The position numbers and the translations under genes were made by a program. DNA of 45,184 nucleotides from Candidatus Nanopelagicales bacterium (GTDB lineage: Bacteria; Actinomycetota; Actinomycetes; S36-B12). The stretch lies in assembly GCA_032117435.1 (NCBI GenBank), contig JAULZJ010000092.1, forward strand, positions 1 to 45,184. The letters run 5' to 3'. Below the pieces are notes generated by a model. It saw only the letters and a program-made list of their open reading frames with translations. It was not told the DNA's origin and searched no databases. Below, one piece after another: positions 26,176 to 35,031 of this stretch (its first letter is position 1; each line of letters starts with the position of its first letter).

Positions 26176-26766
26176 GTGAACGATGCTCGAGGCAGGCGAA
26201 GTCCATATCCGCCCGACACGGCGGGGATTCCCGAACGCCATGAGCAGGCGCCCGTGCCGGGCGACATCGTGGCGAGCCACTATCGATGGTGCGTCGGCTG
26301 CGGTGCCGACCATCCGGCCGGGCTGCACATGCAGGTGATCGCCGGCGACGGCATGACCATGCTGTCCACCTTGGAGGTGGGTGAGTTCCACCAAGGCGCT
26401 CCCGGCCTGGCACATGGCGGAATCATCGCCACGGCGATGGATGAGGCGATGGGCGTGCTCAACCGCCTCTTGCTCGTGCCCGCGGTCACCGTGCACCTGG
26501 AGGTGGATTACGTCCGGCCTGTCCCGGTCGGATCCGTCTTGTACATTCGGGCGGAGATCGCGGGTCGCGTAGGACGCAAGCTCTACACCGCGGCAAGTGC
26601 GCGACTAGGAGCTGTCGATGGCGAGGTAGCCGTGCAGGCAGCTGCCCTCTTCCTCCAGGTGCCCCTGGAGCATTTCGTGGAGCATGGCAACACGGCGCAG
26701 ATCGATGCCGCGATTCGGGAGCGTCCTGGTGGCGCGGATGCATGGCGTCGCGAGGTCAATCCATGA
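26176..26766 (+). CDS. PaaI-family (hotdog fold) thioesterase
   Basis: GTG start. HQGAPGLAHGGIIATAMDEAMG is typical of PaaI/4HBT-type hotdog proteins. The stop overlaps the dut start (ATGA). Confidence 0.75.
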   Translation: MNDARGRRSPYPPDTAGIPERHEQAPVPGDIVASHYRWCVGCGADHPAGLHMQVIAGDGMTMLSTLEVGEFHQGAPGLAHGGIIATAMDEAMGVLNRLLLVPAVTVHLEVDYVRPVPVGSVLYIRAEIAGRVGRKLYTAASARLGAVDGEVAVQAAALFLQVPLEHFVEHGNTAQIDAAIRERPGGADAWRREVNP

Positions 26767-27233
26767 TGGACGAAGTCGATGTCCTCATCGTGAGGCTGGA
26801 CCAGGACCTGGCCATGCCTGCCTACGCCCTTCCCGGTGATGCCGGCTTCGATGTCTGCGCCCGGACCGACGTCACGCTGCAACCTGGCGAGCGCCGCGTG
26901 GTGGCGACGGGTATCGCCATGGCATTGCCGGAGGGGTACGCCGCGTTCGTGCATCCACGAAGTGGACTGGCCGCCCGGCAGGGACTCACGATCGTGAATG
27001 CGCCCGGGACGGTCGATGCCGGATACCGGGGCGAGATCCTTGTGTGCCTGCTCAACACGGACTTGCGAAGTCCAATCACGCTGAGGCGCGGTGAGCGGAT
27101 TGCGCAGATCGTCGTTCAACGTGTCGCCCGGGCAGTGCTCCACGAAGCGGACCGTCTGCCCGACTCGCACCGTGGCGAGGGGGGCTACGGATCGACGGGT
27201 ACCGTGGTGGGCCGCGAAGAGGAGGCACAGTGA
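26763..27233 (+). CDS. dut: dUTP diphosphatase
   Basis: AYALPGDAGFDV, HPRSGLA, GTVDAGYRGEI and a C-terminal RGEGGYGSTG motif. Confidence 0.95.
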   Translation: MMDEVDVLIVRLDQDLAMPAYALPGDAGFDVCARTDVTLQPGERRVVATGIAMALPEGYAAFVHPRSGLAARQGLTIVNAPGTVDAGYRGEILVCLLNTDLRSPITLRRGERIAQIVVQRVARAVLHEADRLPDSHRGEGGYGSTGTVVGREEEAQ

Positions 27234-27787
27234 GTGAGGTCACCGGGGAGCGCAACTCGGGCCCGTGGGATGTAAGTGAGGTCGACGGACTCGACGGCCG
27301 ACTGGACTTCGGGGCGTTGTGGATCCGAGGCGTCGATGGCCTCCAGGTGCAGGCGCAGGTGGACGAGTCCACGGGGGCCGTAGGCGTGGTGTCGCTGAAC
27401 CTCGGCGATGGCGGCCTTCAACTGCAGGCTTTCGCGGCACCCCGCACTGGCGGACTTTGGGAGGACGTGCGCGGCAAGCTGCGCGCGTCAGTCACTGGTC
27501 AAGGCGGTCTGATCGAGGAGCGGCCAGGGGAGTACGGCATCGAGTTGCGCGGGAAGGTCCCCGGTCAGGGTGGTCTCCAACCCGTGCGCTTCGTCGGTGT
27601 CGACGGTCCCAGGTGGTTCCTGCGGGGTCTCTACCTCGGCGCAGCCGCCGAGAGCGGCGGCTCCCCCCAACTGGAACAGGTGTTCCGCGACATCGTGGTC
27701 GTGCGCGGCGATGACGCTATGACGATGGGCGAGGTGCTGAAGATGCGCCTTCCCCAGGTCGATCCGGGTGCAGCGGCCCCGGAGTAG
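27230..27787 (+). CDS. DUF3710-family protein
   Basis: 185 aa (GPWDVSEVDGLDGRLDFGALWI...VDGPRWFLRG). It sits in the conserved position directly after dut, with a 4-nt overlap. Confidence 0.75.
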   Translation: MSEVTGERNSGPWDVSEVDGLDGRLDFGALWIRGVDGLQVQAQVDESTGAVGVVSLNLGDGGLQLQAFAAPRTGGLWEDVRGKLRASVTGQGGLIEERPGEYGIELRGKVPGQGGLQPVRFVGVDGPRWFLRGLYLGAAAESGGSPQLEQVFRDIVVVRGDDAMTMGEVLKMRLPQVDPGAAAPE

Positions 27788-28454
27788 TCCGCATCGATTC
27801 TGCCAAAGCGCGTTGCAGCAGCGACATGCGCGGACGTGCTGCGAGCGCGACGCGTGCACGGGGAATGTGGCGTGCCCACTCGAGGGCTACGGATACGGGA
27901 TGGAAGGTGTCGCCGTACCATCCCAGGACGCTCGTGGGGGACATGATTTCCACGAGTTCTGTAGGCGTGGGAGCTCGACTAGATGCGGCTGCGCGCAGGC
28001 AGAGCTGGAGTTGATCGTCCGTGTACTCCGCCCACGCGAGCGCGAGCAGGTCTGTCACGTCATCCCTCGGCCGGGATGCCTCCAGGGTGGCGAGCGTGCC
28101 TCGAATGCCCTGCTCGGCGATCTGATCCGCGGCGATGGCGGTGGGCGAGACATGACCGGCCGGGTCCCCGGTCCAGGCGGGGAGCACGCAGATGAGGTGA
28201 GGCGCGTCGGGGCGCCCGGCAGCCCAGCGGACGAGTGCGTGGGCACCGAGGCTGACGCCGATCACGTGCGTGCATCGAGGATCGCGCGTCACCGCCTCAC
28301 CGATCCTGTCGGCGAACTGCCCGACATCTCCACGGCGGTCCTCGACGTCCACGATGCCGGGGCCGGAGGGAAGGCCGAGAAGGGCGCGCGCGGCCGCGCC
28401 CGTCGAACCCGCCCCGTGGGCGATGACGATGGCCACGACGGCAGTGTGACGCAT
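27717..28454 (-). CDS. alpha/beta-hydrolase-fold protein
   Basis: ATG 28454 gives MRHTAVVAIVIAHGAGSTG...HVIGVSLGAH (a GxSxG nucleophile elbow). Its 3' end overlaps the convergent DUF3710 gene by 71 nt. Confidence 0.6.
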   Translation of the reverse strand: MRHTAVVAIVIAHGAGSTGAAARALLGLPSGPGIVDVEDRRGDVGQFADRIGEAVTRDPRCTHVIGVSLGAHALVRWAAGRPDAPHLICVLPAWTGDPAGHVSPTAIAADQIAEQGIRGTLATLEASRPRDDVTDLLALAWAEYTDDQLQLCLRAAASSRAPTPTELVEIMSPTSVLGWYGDTFHPVSVALEWARHIPRARVALAARPRMSLLQRALAESMRTTPGPLHPDRPGEGASSAPRPSS

Positions 28455-28512
28455 GCACCGACACTGCCCAGTGCATCCGCCGTCTCCGGTCCGTCGCGTT
28501 AGTCTGGTAACC

Positions 28513-28878
28513 ATGGTCGGTTGGTGGTCCCGCTGGACGCGCTCCCAGGAGGAGGTCGTGGCCACGGAGCTCAGCTCGCAGGTGGAGTCCCACGGCGCGC
28601 AGACGATCGGGGCCTGCCAGCGAGGGCAGTCCGTGGCGGTCCATGGGGTGATCCGATCGGTGACCCTGCGCCCACGTGCGGCGGCCCCCAGCCTCGAGGC
28701 TGAGGTCTATGACGGCACCGGCCACATCACCCTCGTGTGGATCGGCCACCGAAGGCTCTCCGGCGTCGACGTCGGCCGACCTATCTCGGCTCAGGGGCGG
28801 GTGACGTGCCCCCAGGGTGACCCGACCATCTTCAATCCGATCTACCGGCTCTACCCGGAGCCGGTGGAGAGCACGTGA
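28513..28878 (+). CDS. OB-fold nucleic-acid-binding-domain protein
   Basis: ATG 28513. The 121-aa protein (VAVHGVIRSVTLRPRAAAPSLEAEVYDGTGHITLVWIG...) matches the conserved actinobacterial OB-fold gene upstream of DUF3159. Confidence 0.65.
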   Translation: MVGWWSRWTRSQEEVVATELSSQVESHGAQTIGACQRGQSVAVHGVIRSVTLRPRAAAPSLEAEVYDGTGHITLVWIGHRRLSGVDVGRPISAQGRVTCPQGDPTIFNPIYRLYPEPVEST

Positions 28879-29597
28879 CCGCCGACGACGAGCGCGACGG
28901 GGGTGCAGCAGATCACGAGCACGAGCCCGCGGTGGTCCCCGAGACGCGTGCCGATGTGCGCGAAGAACGCGTGCTGCTCGATCGGGCCCTGGGCGGATGG
29001 CGTGGAATCATCGACAGTGGCACGCCCACCATCGTCTTCGTCATCGTCTACCTCGCCACCGGCAATCAGCTGAGCACGTCGATCTGGGCGGCTCTGAGCG
29101 CAGGTGCGGCCATTGCCCTATGGAGGCTGGTCCGGCGAGAGAGCCTTCAGCAGATCGCGGCAGGACTCGTCGGCGTGGGCATATCGGCGTTCGTGGCGTC
29201 GCGTACCCAGACAGGGGAGGGCTACTTCATCCCCGGACTCCTGCAGAACATCGGCTATGGCACGGCGTTCCTCATTTCCATCCTCGTCGGCTGGCCGCTC
29301 GTGGGCGTCATCGTCGGCTTCCTCACGGGTCAGGGCGTGCGCTGGCGGACTGATCGGGAGCTGCGGCGGGTCTACAGCGCGGCGTCATGGATCTGGGTCG
29401 GCCTATTCGGACTCCGGGTCGCCGTCCAAGGCCCCATGTACCTCGCCGGCTGGGTTGGTCCGCTGGGCTTCGCGAAGGTGATCATGGGAGTGCCGCTATT
29501 CCTCGCCGCCGGCTACTTCACGTACTTGGTACTACGACCCATCTTCGAACGGCGGCGCGCGGGGACGGCGGGATCCGAGGGAGCCGACAGCGGCTGA
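28875..29597 (+). CDS. DUF3159-family integral membrane protein
   Basis: The GTG start overlaps the upstream stop (GTGA). Multiple TM helices. Conserved neighbour of trkA genes. Confidence 0.7.
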   Translation: MTADDERDGGAADHEHEPAVVPETRADVREERVLLDRALGGWRGIIDSGTPTIVFVIVYLATGNQLSTSIWAALSAGAAIALWRLVRRESLQQIAAGLVGVGISAFVASRTQTGEGYFIPGLLQNIGYGTAFLISILVGWPLVGVIVGFLTGQGVRWRTDRELRRVYSAASWIWVGLFGLRVAVQGPMYLAGWVGPLGFAKVIMGVPLFLAAGYFTYLVLRPIFERRRAGTAGSEGADSG

Positions 29598-30290
29598 CTA
29601 GCCTCGATCGTGGTCGACCTCGGGCGCGTGCGCGTGGTCGCTCAGCATCGACTGGAGGACTGGCTCCTGCTCGGGAGCGCACACGAAGACGAGCTCATCG
29701 CCGATCTCGAGTGAGTCGTCTGATGTGGGTGCGATCACCCGTGGCCCGCGGACGATGGCGGCGAGCGCCGTGTCCGGTGGCCATGTCATGGACCCGAGCC
29801 GGCGCCCGGTCACGGGAGATCCAGAAGACAGCGTGATCTCGACGAGATCGGCCTGGCCCTGCCGGAAGGTGAATAGGCGAACGAGATCGCCCACGCTGAC
29901 GGCCTCCTCGACGAGCGCGGACAGCATGCGCGGCGTGGATACGGCCACGTCGACCCCCCAGGACTCGTTGAACATCCACTCGTTCTTGGGGTGGTTGACC
30001 CGAGCGACCACGCGGGGGACGCCGAACTCGGTCTTTGCCAGGAGGGAAACCACGAGGTTGACCTTGTCGTCGCCCGTGGCAGCCACCATCACCTGGCATT
30101 GAGAGAGGTCGGCCTCCTCGAGTGCGGCGAGCTCACAGGCGTCCGCCTGGAGCATCTGGGCTCCCTGGACCGCTCCTGGACGGGCGAGGTCGGCATCCCG
30201 GTCGATGAGAAGGATCTCGTGCCCGAAACCGATGAGTTCGCGTGCGATCGACCGCCCAACCTTGCCGGCACCGGCGATTGCGACTCTCAT
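29598..30290 (-). CDS. trkA: TrkA-family potassium uptake protein (RCK/KTN NAD-binding)
   Basis: MRVAIAGAGKVGRSIAREL (Rossmann GxGxxG) plus a C-terminal TrkA_C domain. Confidence 0.9.
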   Translation of the reverse strand: MRVAIAGAGKVGRSIARELIGFGHEILLIDRDADLARPGAVQGAQMLQADACELAALEEADLSQCQVMVAATGDDKVNLVVSLLAKTEFGVPRVVARVNHPKNEWMFNESWGVDVAVSTPRMLSALVEEAVSVGDLVRLFTFRQGQADLVEITLSSGSPVTGRRLGSMTWPPDTALAAIVRGPRVIAPTSDDSLEIGDELVFVCAPEQEPVLQSMLSDHAHAPEVDHDRG

Positions 30291-30976
30291 GATGCATTCT
30301 CCCGCGCGGCCCTGAGAGCTGCATCGCGTGCACCCGCCACGATGGCCTGAACGCGGGGACCGTCATCGGACAGCGTGAGCAGGTGCACGATATCCCCGTC
30401 CTGCAGCACTGTCTCGTCAGTAGGCAGCAAGCCGTTGCCCAGCCGAGTCACGAACGCGACGCGGGCGCCGGTGGCCGCCTCGATATCCATAACCGCATGC
30501 CCGTACCACGTCGAGTGCACCGGCATCTCCGAGAGGAGCACCTCTCCGCTGGAGTCGCGGTACTCCTCGAGGGCATCACGAGGGATAAGCCGACGCATGA
30601 TCTGTCCCGCGGTCCAGGACACGGTGGCAACCGTGGGGATCCCTAGGCGCTGGTACACCTCGGCCCGGCGCGGATCGTAGATACGTGCGACCACATGCTC
30701 GACACCATACGTCTCACGTGCCACCCGGGCGCCGAGGATGTTCGTGTTGTCACCGCTGCTCACGGCGGCGAACGCATGGGCTCGCTCGATTCCCGCTTTC
30801 TCGAGGGTCTCGCGGTCGAATCCGATGCCCTTGATCGTCGTGCCGCCGAAGCGACCCCCGAGACGACGGAACGCCTGGGGGTTCTGGTCGATGATGGACA
30901 CGGAGTGGCCAGCATCGTCCAGTCTGTCAGCGAGAAGCGAACCTACCCGGCCGCACCCCAGGATCACGACGTGCAC
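30287..30976 (-). CDS. trkA: TrkA-family potassium uptake protein (RCK/KTN NAD-binding)
   Basis: GTG start. (M)HVVILGCGRVGSLLADRL plus a TrkA_C domain. 4-nt overlap with the downstream paralog. Confidence 0.9.
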   Translation of the reverse strand: MHVVILGCGRVGSLLADRLDDAGHSVSIIDQNPQAFRRLGGRFGGTTIKGIGFDRETLEKAGIERAHAFAAVSSGDNTNILGARVARETYGVEHVVARIYDPRRAEVYQRLGIPTVATVSWTAGQIMRRLIPRDALEEYRDSSGEVLLSEMPVHSTWYGHAVMDIEAATGARVAFVTRLGNGLLPTDETVLQDGDIVHLLTLSDDGPRVQAIVAGARDAALRAARENAS

Positions 30977-31050
30977 ATCCCAGACGTTACACGGACCCCG
31001 GCTCGGGCCTGTCGTCGGTCAGGTGCGACACCAGGCTTAGCATTCTTTCC

Positions 31051-33000
31051 GTGCCCATCGCGGATACGGTCAAGCGGCTCTTCTTCGGGCGCGCTCTACG
31101 CAGCGATCGAATCGGCGAGACCCTCCTGCCCAAGCGCATCGCCCTGCCGGTCTTCGCGAGCGACGCGCTGTCGTCCAATGCGTATGCGACGCAGGAGATA
31201 CTCATCGTCCTAGCGCTGGGCGGCTTCTCGCTGTACTCCTTCGGTCCCTGGGTAGCGGCCGCTGTCGTTCTCCTCTACTTCGTTGTGATCGCGTCCTACC
31301 GGCAGAATGTCCATGCCTATCCTGGGGGCGGGGGTGACTACACCGTCGTCGCGACGAATCTAGGTCCCAAGTGGGGTGTCTTCACTGCGAGCGCCCTTCT
31401 CGTGGATTACACGCTGACTGTGGCTGTGTCCATCAGCGCCGCGGTGGCAAACCTAGGTTCTGTCTTCCCGGTGATCGAGGAGCATGCGCCCTGGTGGGCG
31501 GCTGGCATCATCGTGGTGATCACGGTGGTGAACCTTCGCGGGGTGCGCGAGTCGGGGATCGCCTTCGCCATCCCCACATACCTCTTCCTCGCGTCCATCG
31601 GGGCCATGGCGATCACGGGAATCATCCGGATCCTCGCGGGTTCGGACCTGCGAGCCGAGAGCGCCGGGTGGGAGATCGTCGCTCAGGACGAGGTCGCGGG
31701 CCTGGCCCTTGCCTTCCTCGTGGCGCGTGCCTTTTCCTCGGGCACGACGGCCCTGACGGGCATAGAAGCAATCGCGAATGGGGTCCCGTCCTTCCGCAAG
31801 CCCAAGGCGCGCAACGCGGCGACCACGCTCCTCTTGCTCGGCGTGATCTCGATGACCATGTTCGTATCCCTGACCTGGCTTGCATTGGCGACGGGCGTCA
31901 AGGTGACGGGTGACGATGCAGACCTGGTCGGCCTGCCGGATGGCCAGCCGCAGAAGACGGTGATCGTGCAGGTTGCCCAAGCCGTATTCGGGAGTTTCGA
32001 GATCGGCGTCCTCATTGTCTCCCTCGCCACCGCGCTCATCCTGGCCCTCGCGGCGAATACCGCCTTCAGCGGCTTTCCCGTCCTGGGCTCGATCCTTGCC
32101 CGTGATGGCTACCTACCGAGGCAGTTGCACACTCGAGGCGACCGCCTGTCGTATAGCAACGGCATCATCATCCTTGCCGTCTCGGCCATCGTGCTCGTTA
32201 TTGCATTTCAGGCGGATGTCTCCTCGCTGATCCAGTTGTACATCATCGGTGTCTTCGTGGCCTTCACGTTGGGGCAGATCGGCATGCTGCGCCACTGGAA
32301 CCGGGAACTACGCAAGCAGCCGGCGCAGGAGAACGCCCGTCGAATGCGGCGCTCACGGGTCATCAACGCCGTGGGCGCAGCTCTCACCGGAGTCGTCCTC
32401 ATCATCGTCCTGCTGACGAAGTTCTTGCAGGGAGCATGGATAGTCGTGCTGGCCTTGCCGGTGATCTACCTTGTGATGGAGGCCATTCATCGTCATTACG
32501 ACCGAGTTCGCGAGCAGATCGCCGTCGGCGACGAGGAGCACTTCACGCTGCCATCTCGAGTGCACGGGATCGTGCTGGTCTCCAGGCTCCACAAGCCGAC
32601 GCTGCGCGCGCTCGCGTACGCTAGAGCGACACGGCACGACACCCTCGAAGCGCTTACTGTGGATGTCGATGCCAAGGAGACTGAGGCCCTAAGGCTTGAC
32701 TGGGAGCGGCGCGAGATCCCCGTGACTCTCCGGGTAATCGAGTCCCCCTACCGCGAGATCACCCGGCCCATTGTGGATTACGTCAAGCGCCTGCGACGGG
32801 AGAGCCCGCGTGACCTCGTGACGGTCTACGTGCCGGAATACGTCGTTGGTCACTGGTGGGAGCAGGTGCTCCACAATCAGTCCGCGCTGCGATTGAAGAC
32901 GCGCCTGCTCTTCGCCCCCGGGGTGATGGTGGTCAGCGTCCCTTGGCAGCTCGTTTCCGCCGAGGTAGCGGCCGATGCCGCGGACTGGCGCACGCTCTAG
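31051..33000 (+). CDS. APC-superfamily permease with C-terminal cytoplasmic domain
   Basis: 649 aa. The N-terminal ~480 aa are polytopic (FASDALSSNAYATQEI...). It sits in the conserved position next to trkA genes. Confidence 0.85.
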   Translation: MPIADTVKRLFFGRALRSDRIGETLLPKRIALPVFASDALSSNAYATQEILIVLALGGFSLYSFGPWVAAAVVLLYFVVIASYRQNVHAYPGGGGDYTVVATNLGPKWGVFTASALLVDYTLTVAVSISAAVANLGSVFPVIEEHAPWWAAGIIVVITVVNLRGVRESGIAFAIPTYLFLASIGAMAITGIIRILAGSDLRAESAGWEIVAQDEVAGLALAFLVARAFSSGTTALTGIEAIANGVPSFRKPKARNAATTLLLLGVISMTMFVSLTWLALATGVKVTGDDADLVGLPDGQPQKTVIVQVAQAVFGSFEIGVLIVSLATALILALAANTAFSGFPVLGSILARDGYLPRQLHTRGDRLSYSNGIIILAVSAIVLVIAFQADVSSLIQLYIIGVFVAFTLGQIGMLRHWNRELRKQPAQENARRMRRSRVINAVGAALTGVVLIIVLLTKFLQGAWIVVLALPVIYLVMEAIHRHYDRVREQIAVGDEEHFTLPSRVHGIVLVSRLHKPTLRALAYARATRHDTLEALTVDVDAKETEALRLDWERREIPVTLRVIESPYREITRPIVDYVKRLRRESPRDLVTVYVPEYVVGHWWEQVLHNQSALRLKTRLLFAPGVMVVSVPWQLVSAEVAADAADWRTL

Positions 33001-34910
33001 GCGTCAGGGCGTTCCGAGGGGCGCAGGCCGACGGCACCGGTGAAGAAGGCCTCGTGCCAGAGGGCCAGCATGAGCAGTACGAAGATCTTGCGAGATGCGT
33101 CTGCGCGCCCGCAGGCATGGTCGCGTATCAGGTCCTCGACGGCATCCATGTTGAGCATCTCGGCCAGGAAGGCACTCCGCCGGATAGGTGCCAGCACGGC
33201 ATCCGGGTCCTCGGAGAGCCAGAGTCGAAATGGCGTGGGGAAACCCAGCTTGGCGCGCCCTTCGGTGGATTCCGGAATGCGACCGCGGAAGGCACGCCGC
33301 AGAATCCACTTGGTCGTGCCGTCCCGGTACTTCAAATGGTCGGGTATGCGGGCGGTCACCGACGCGACAGCGGGGTCGAGGTAGGGCACGCGCAACTCGA
33401 GCGAGTGCGCCATCGTCATGCGATCGGCCTTGGCGAGGATGTCGCCTCTGAGCCAGTAGTGCATATCGACCAGCTGCATTCGGCGCGCCTCCGGCAGGTC
33501 CTCGAATCCGGGGTAGGTCGAAGCAAGGACATCCGCCGGGCGCAGATGCGAGGTCCCGCCAGGTGACCGCAGGAGCCGTCGGACCTCGTCGGGCCGGAAG
33601 ACGTACGCATTGCCGATGTACCGGTCCGCGAATGGGGTCGACGCGCGTCGCAGGTAGTTGCGCCCGGGGAAGTTTCTTGCGGAACGACCGAGGGCATGGG
33701 CAATGCGACGGATCGGGCGCGGGAGTCGCCGGACGCGATCCAGGTCGATCGGCTCCCGATAGATCCGGTACCCGCCGAAGAGCTCGTCCGCTCCCTCGCC
33801 CGACAGCACGACAGTGACCTGCTCGCGAGCTGCGCGCGCCACGAAGTACAGGGACACGGCAGAGGGGTCGGCGACGGGTTCGTCGAAGAACCAGGCGATA
33901 TCCGGCAGTGCGCCGAGGTAGTCGGCAATGTCCACGTGGATCTCGTGGTGATCGGTGCCCAGCCTGTCAGCGACTTCGCGTGCCTCCCGATGCTCGCTGA
34001 CAGCATCGAAGCCCACGGTGAAGGTCTTGACTGGCTCAAGGCCCAGTGCGGCGCGGCGCTCCTGCACCAGGGTCACCGTGATGGCGCTGTCGACCCCGCC
34101 GCTGAGGAACGCACCCACGGGGACATCGGCGATGAGGTGATGATCGACGGAGTCCTCCAAGACGTCGCGGATGTCGGCGACGAGGGCGGCTTCGTTGTCG
34201 ACGGGGGGTGCGAATTCATAGCGCCAGTACATGCGTGGCTCGAATTCGGGGGAATCGAGGTCGACTACTGCGAAGTGGCCCGGTTCGAGGCGGCTGACCC
34301 CGTGGAAGAAGGTCTGGGGGAGTGGGTTGAACTGGAAGGAGAGGTAGTTGACGACAGCCTCACGATCCACCTCCGGCGTCACCGCGGGATCCACCAGGAG
34401 GCTCTTGATCTCGGAGGCAAATGATGCCACCCGGGGTCCGGTTTCGGAATCAGCGAGTCGTACGTATAGCGGCTTGATCCCGAAGGGGTCACGCGCCAGG
34501 ATCAATTGCCGGCGCTCGGAGTCGTAGATGCAGATCCCGAACATGCCCCTCAGGCGGCGCAGCATGCCGGGCAGATCCTCACGACCCTGCTCCTGGTACA
34601 GCCGGAGAATCGTGTCCGTATCGCTGCTGCTGCGAGGCGGGCGACCGGCTGCGGTCAACTCGGCGTCGAGCTCGCGATAGTTGTAGAGCTCGCCGTTATA
34701 GACGATTCCCACGGTGCCATCGTCGGACCACATGGGCTGATGCCCGCCGGCGATATCGATGATGGACAGACGCGTCATGCCGAAGGCGAATTCCGCTCCG
34801 ACGTAGGACCCAGAATCGTCCGGACCCCGATGCCGGATGACCTCCAGCATCGGGTCGATCAGCTCGGCAGTCGCCTCCGGCGGTCCGAGCACTCCCGCGA
34901 TACCGCACAT
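32997..34910 (-). CDS. asnB: asparagine synthase (glutamine-hydrolysing)
   Basis: ATG 34910 gives MCGIAGVLG (Ntn Cys2), plus the PP-loop FLSGGVDSA. The longer ORF to 35057 was rejected. Its stop overlaps the convergent permease stop by 4 nt. Confidence 0.9.
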   Translation of the reverse strand: MCGIAGVLGPPEATAELIDPMLEVIRHRGPDDSGSYVGAEFAFGMTRLSIIDIAGGHQPMWSDDGTVGIVYNGELYNYRELDAELTAAGRPPRSSSDTDTILRLYQEQGREDLPGMLRRLRGMFGICIYDSERRQLILARDPFGIKPLYVRLADSETGPRVASFASEIKSLLVDPAVTPEVDREAVVNYLSFQFNPLPQTFFHGVSRLEPGHFAVVDLDSPEFEPRMYWRYEFAPPVDNEAALVADIRDVLEDSVDHHLIADVPVGAFLSGGVDSAITVTLVQERRAALGLEPVKTFTVGFDAVSEHREAREVADRLGTDHHEIHVDIADYLGALPDIAWFFDEPVADPSAVSLYFVARAAREQVTVVLSGEGADELFGGYRIYREPIDLDRVRRLPRPIRRIAHALGRSARNFPGRNYLRRASTPFADRYIGNAYVFRPDEVRRLLRSPGGTSHLRPADVLASTYPGFEDLPEARRMQLVDMHYWLRGDILAKADRMTMAHSLELRVPYLDPAVASVTARIPDHLKYRDGTTKWILRRAFRGRIPESTEGRAKLGFPTPFRLWLSEDPDAVLAPIRRSAFLAEMLNMDAVEDLIRDHACGRADASRKIFVLLMLALWHEAFFTGAVGLRPSERPDA

Positions 34911-35031
34911 GCGGCGTGGACCTCCTCTGCGCCAGCACGACACGCTAACAGGTCCTGTGACCAATCCGTGGTGCTGAGCCAGCCACGTGGCCCCTCGCGT
35001 GGCTGAGTAATGTGGGACGGGAGCCGAGGAG

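Noticed and set aside
27717-27787. 71-nt convergent overlap between the DUF3710 gene and the alpha/beta hydrolase gene, considered as a sign of a mis-called gene or a functional antisense arrangement.
   Set aside because: Both frames have family-like sequence up to near their ends. Such 3'-3' overlaps are common in this very compact window (also 32997-33000 and 40039-40042). I kept both genes and lowered confidence for the hydrolase.
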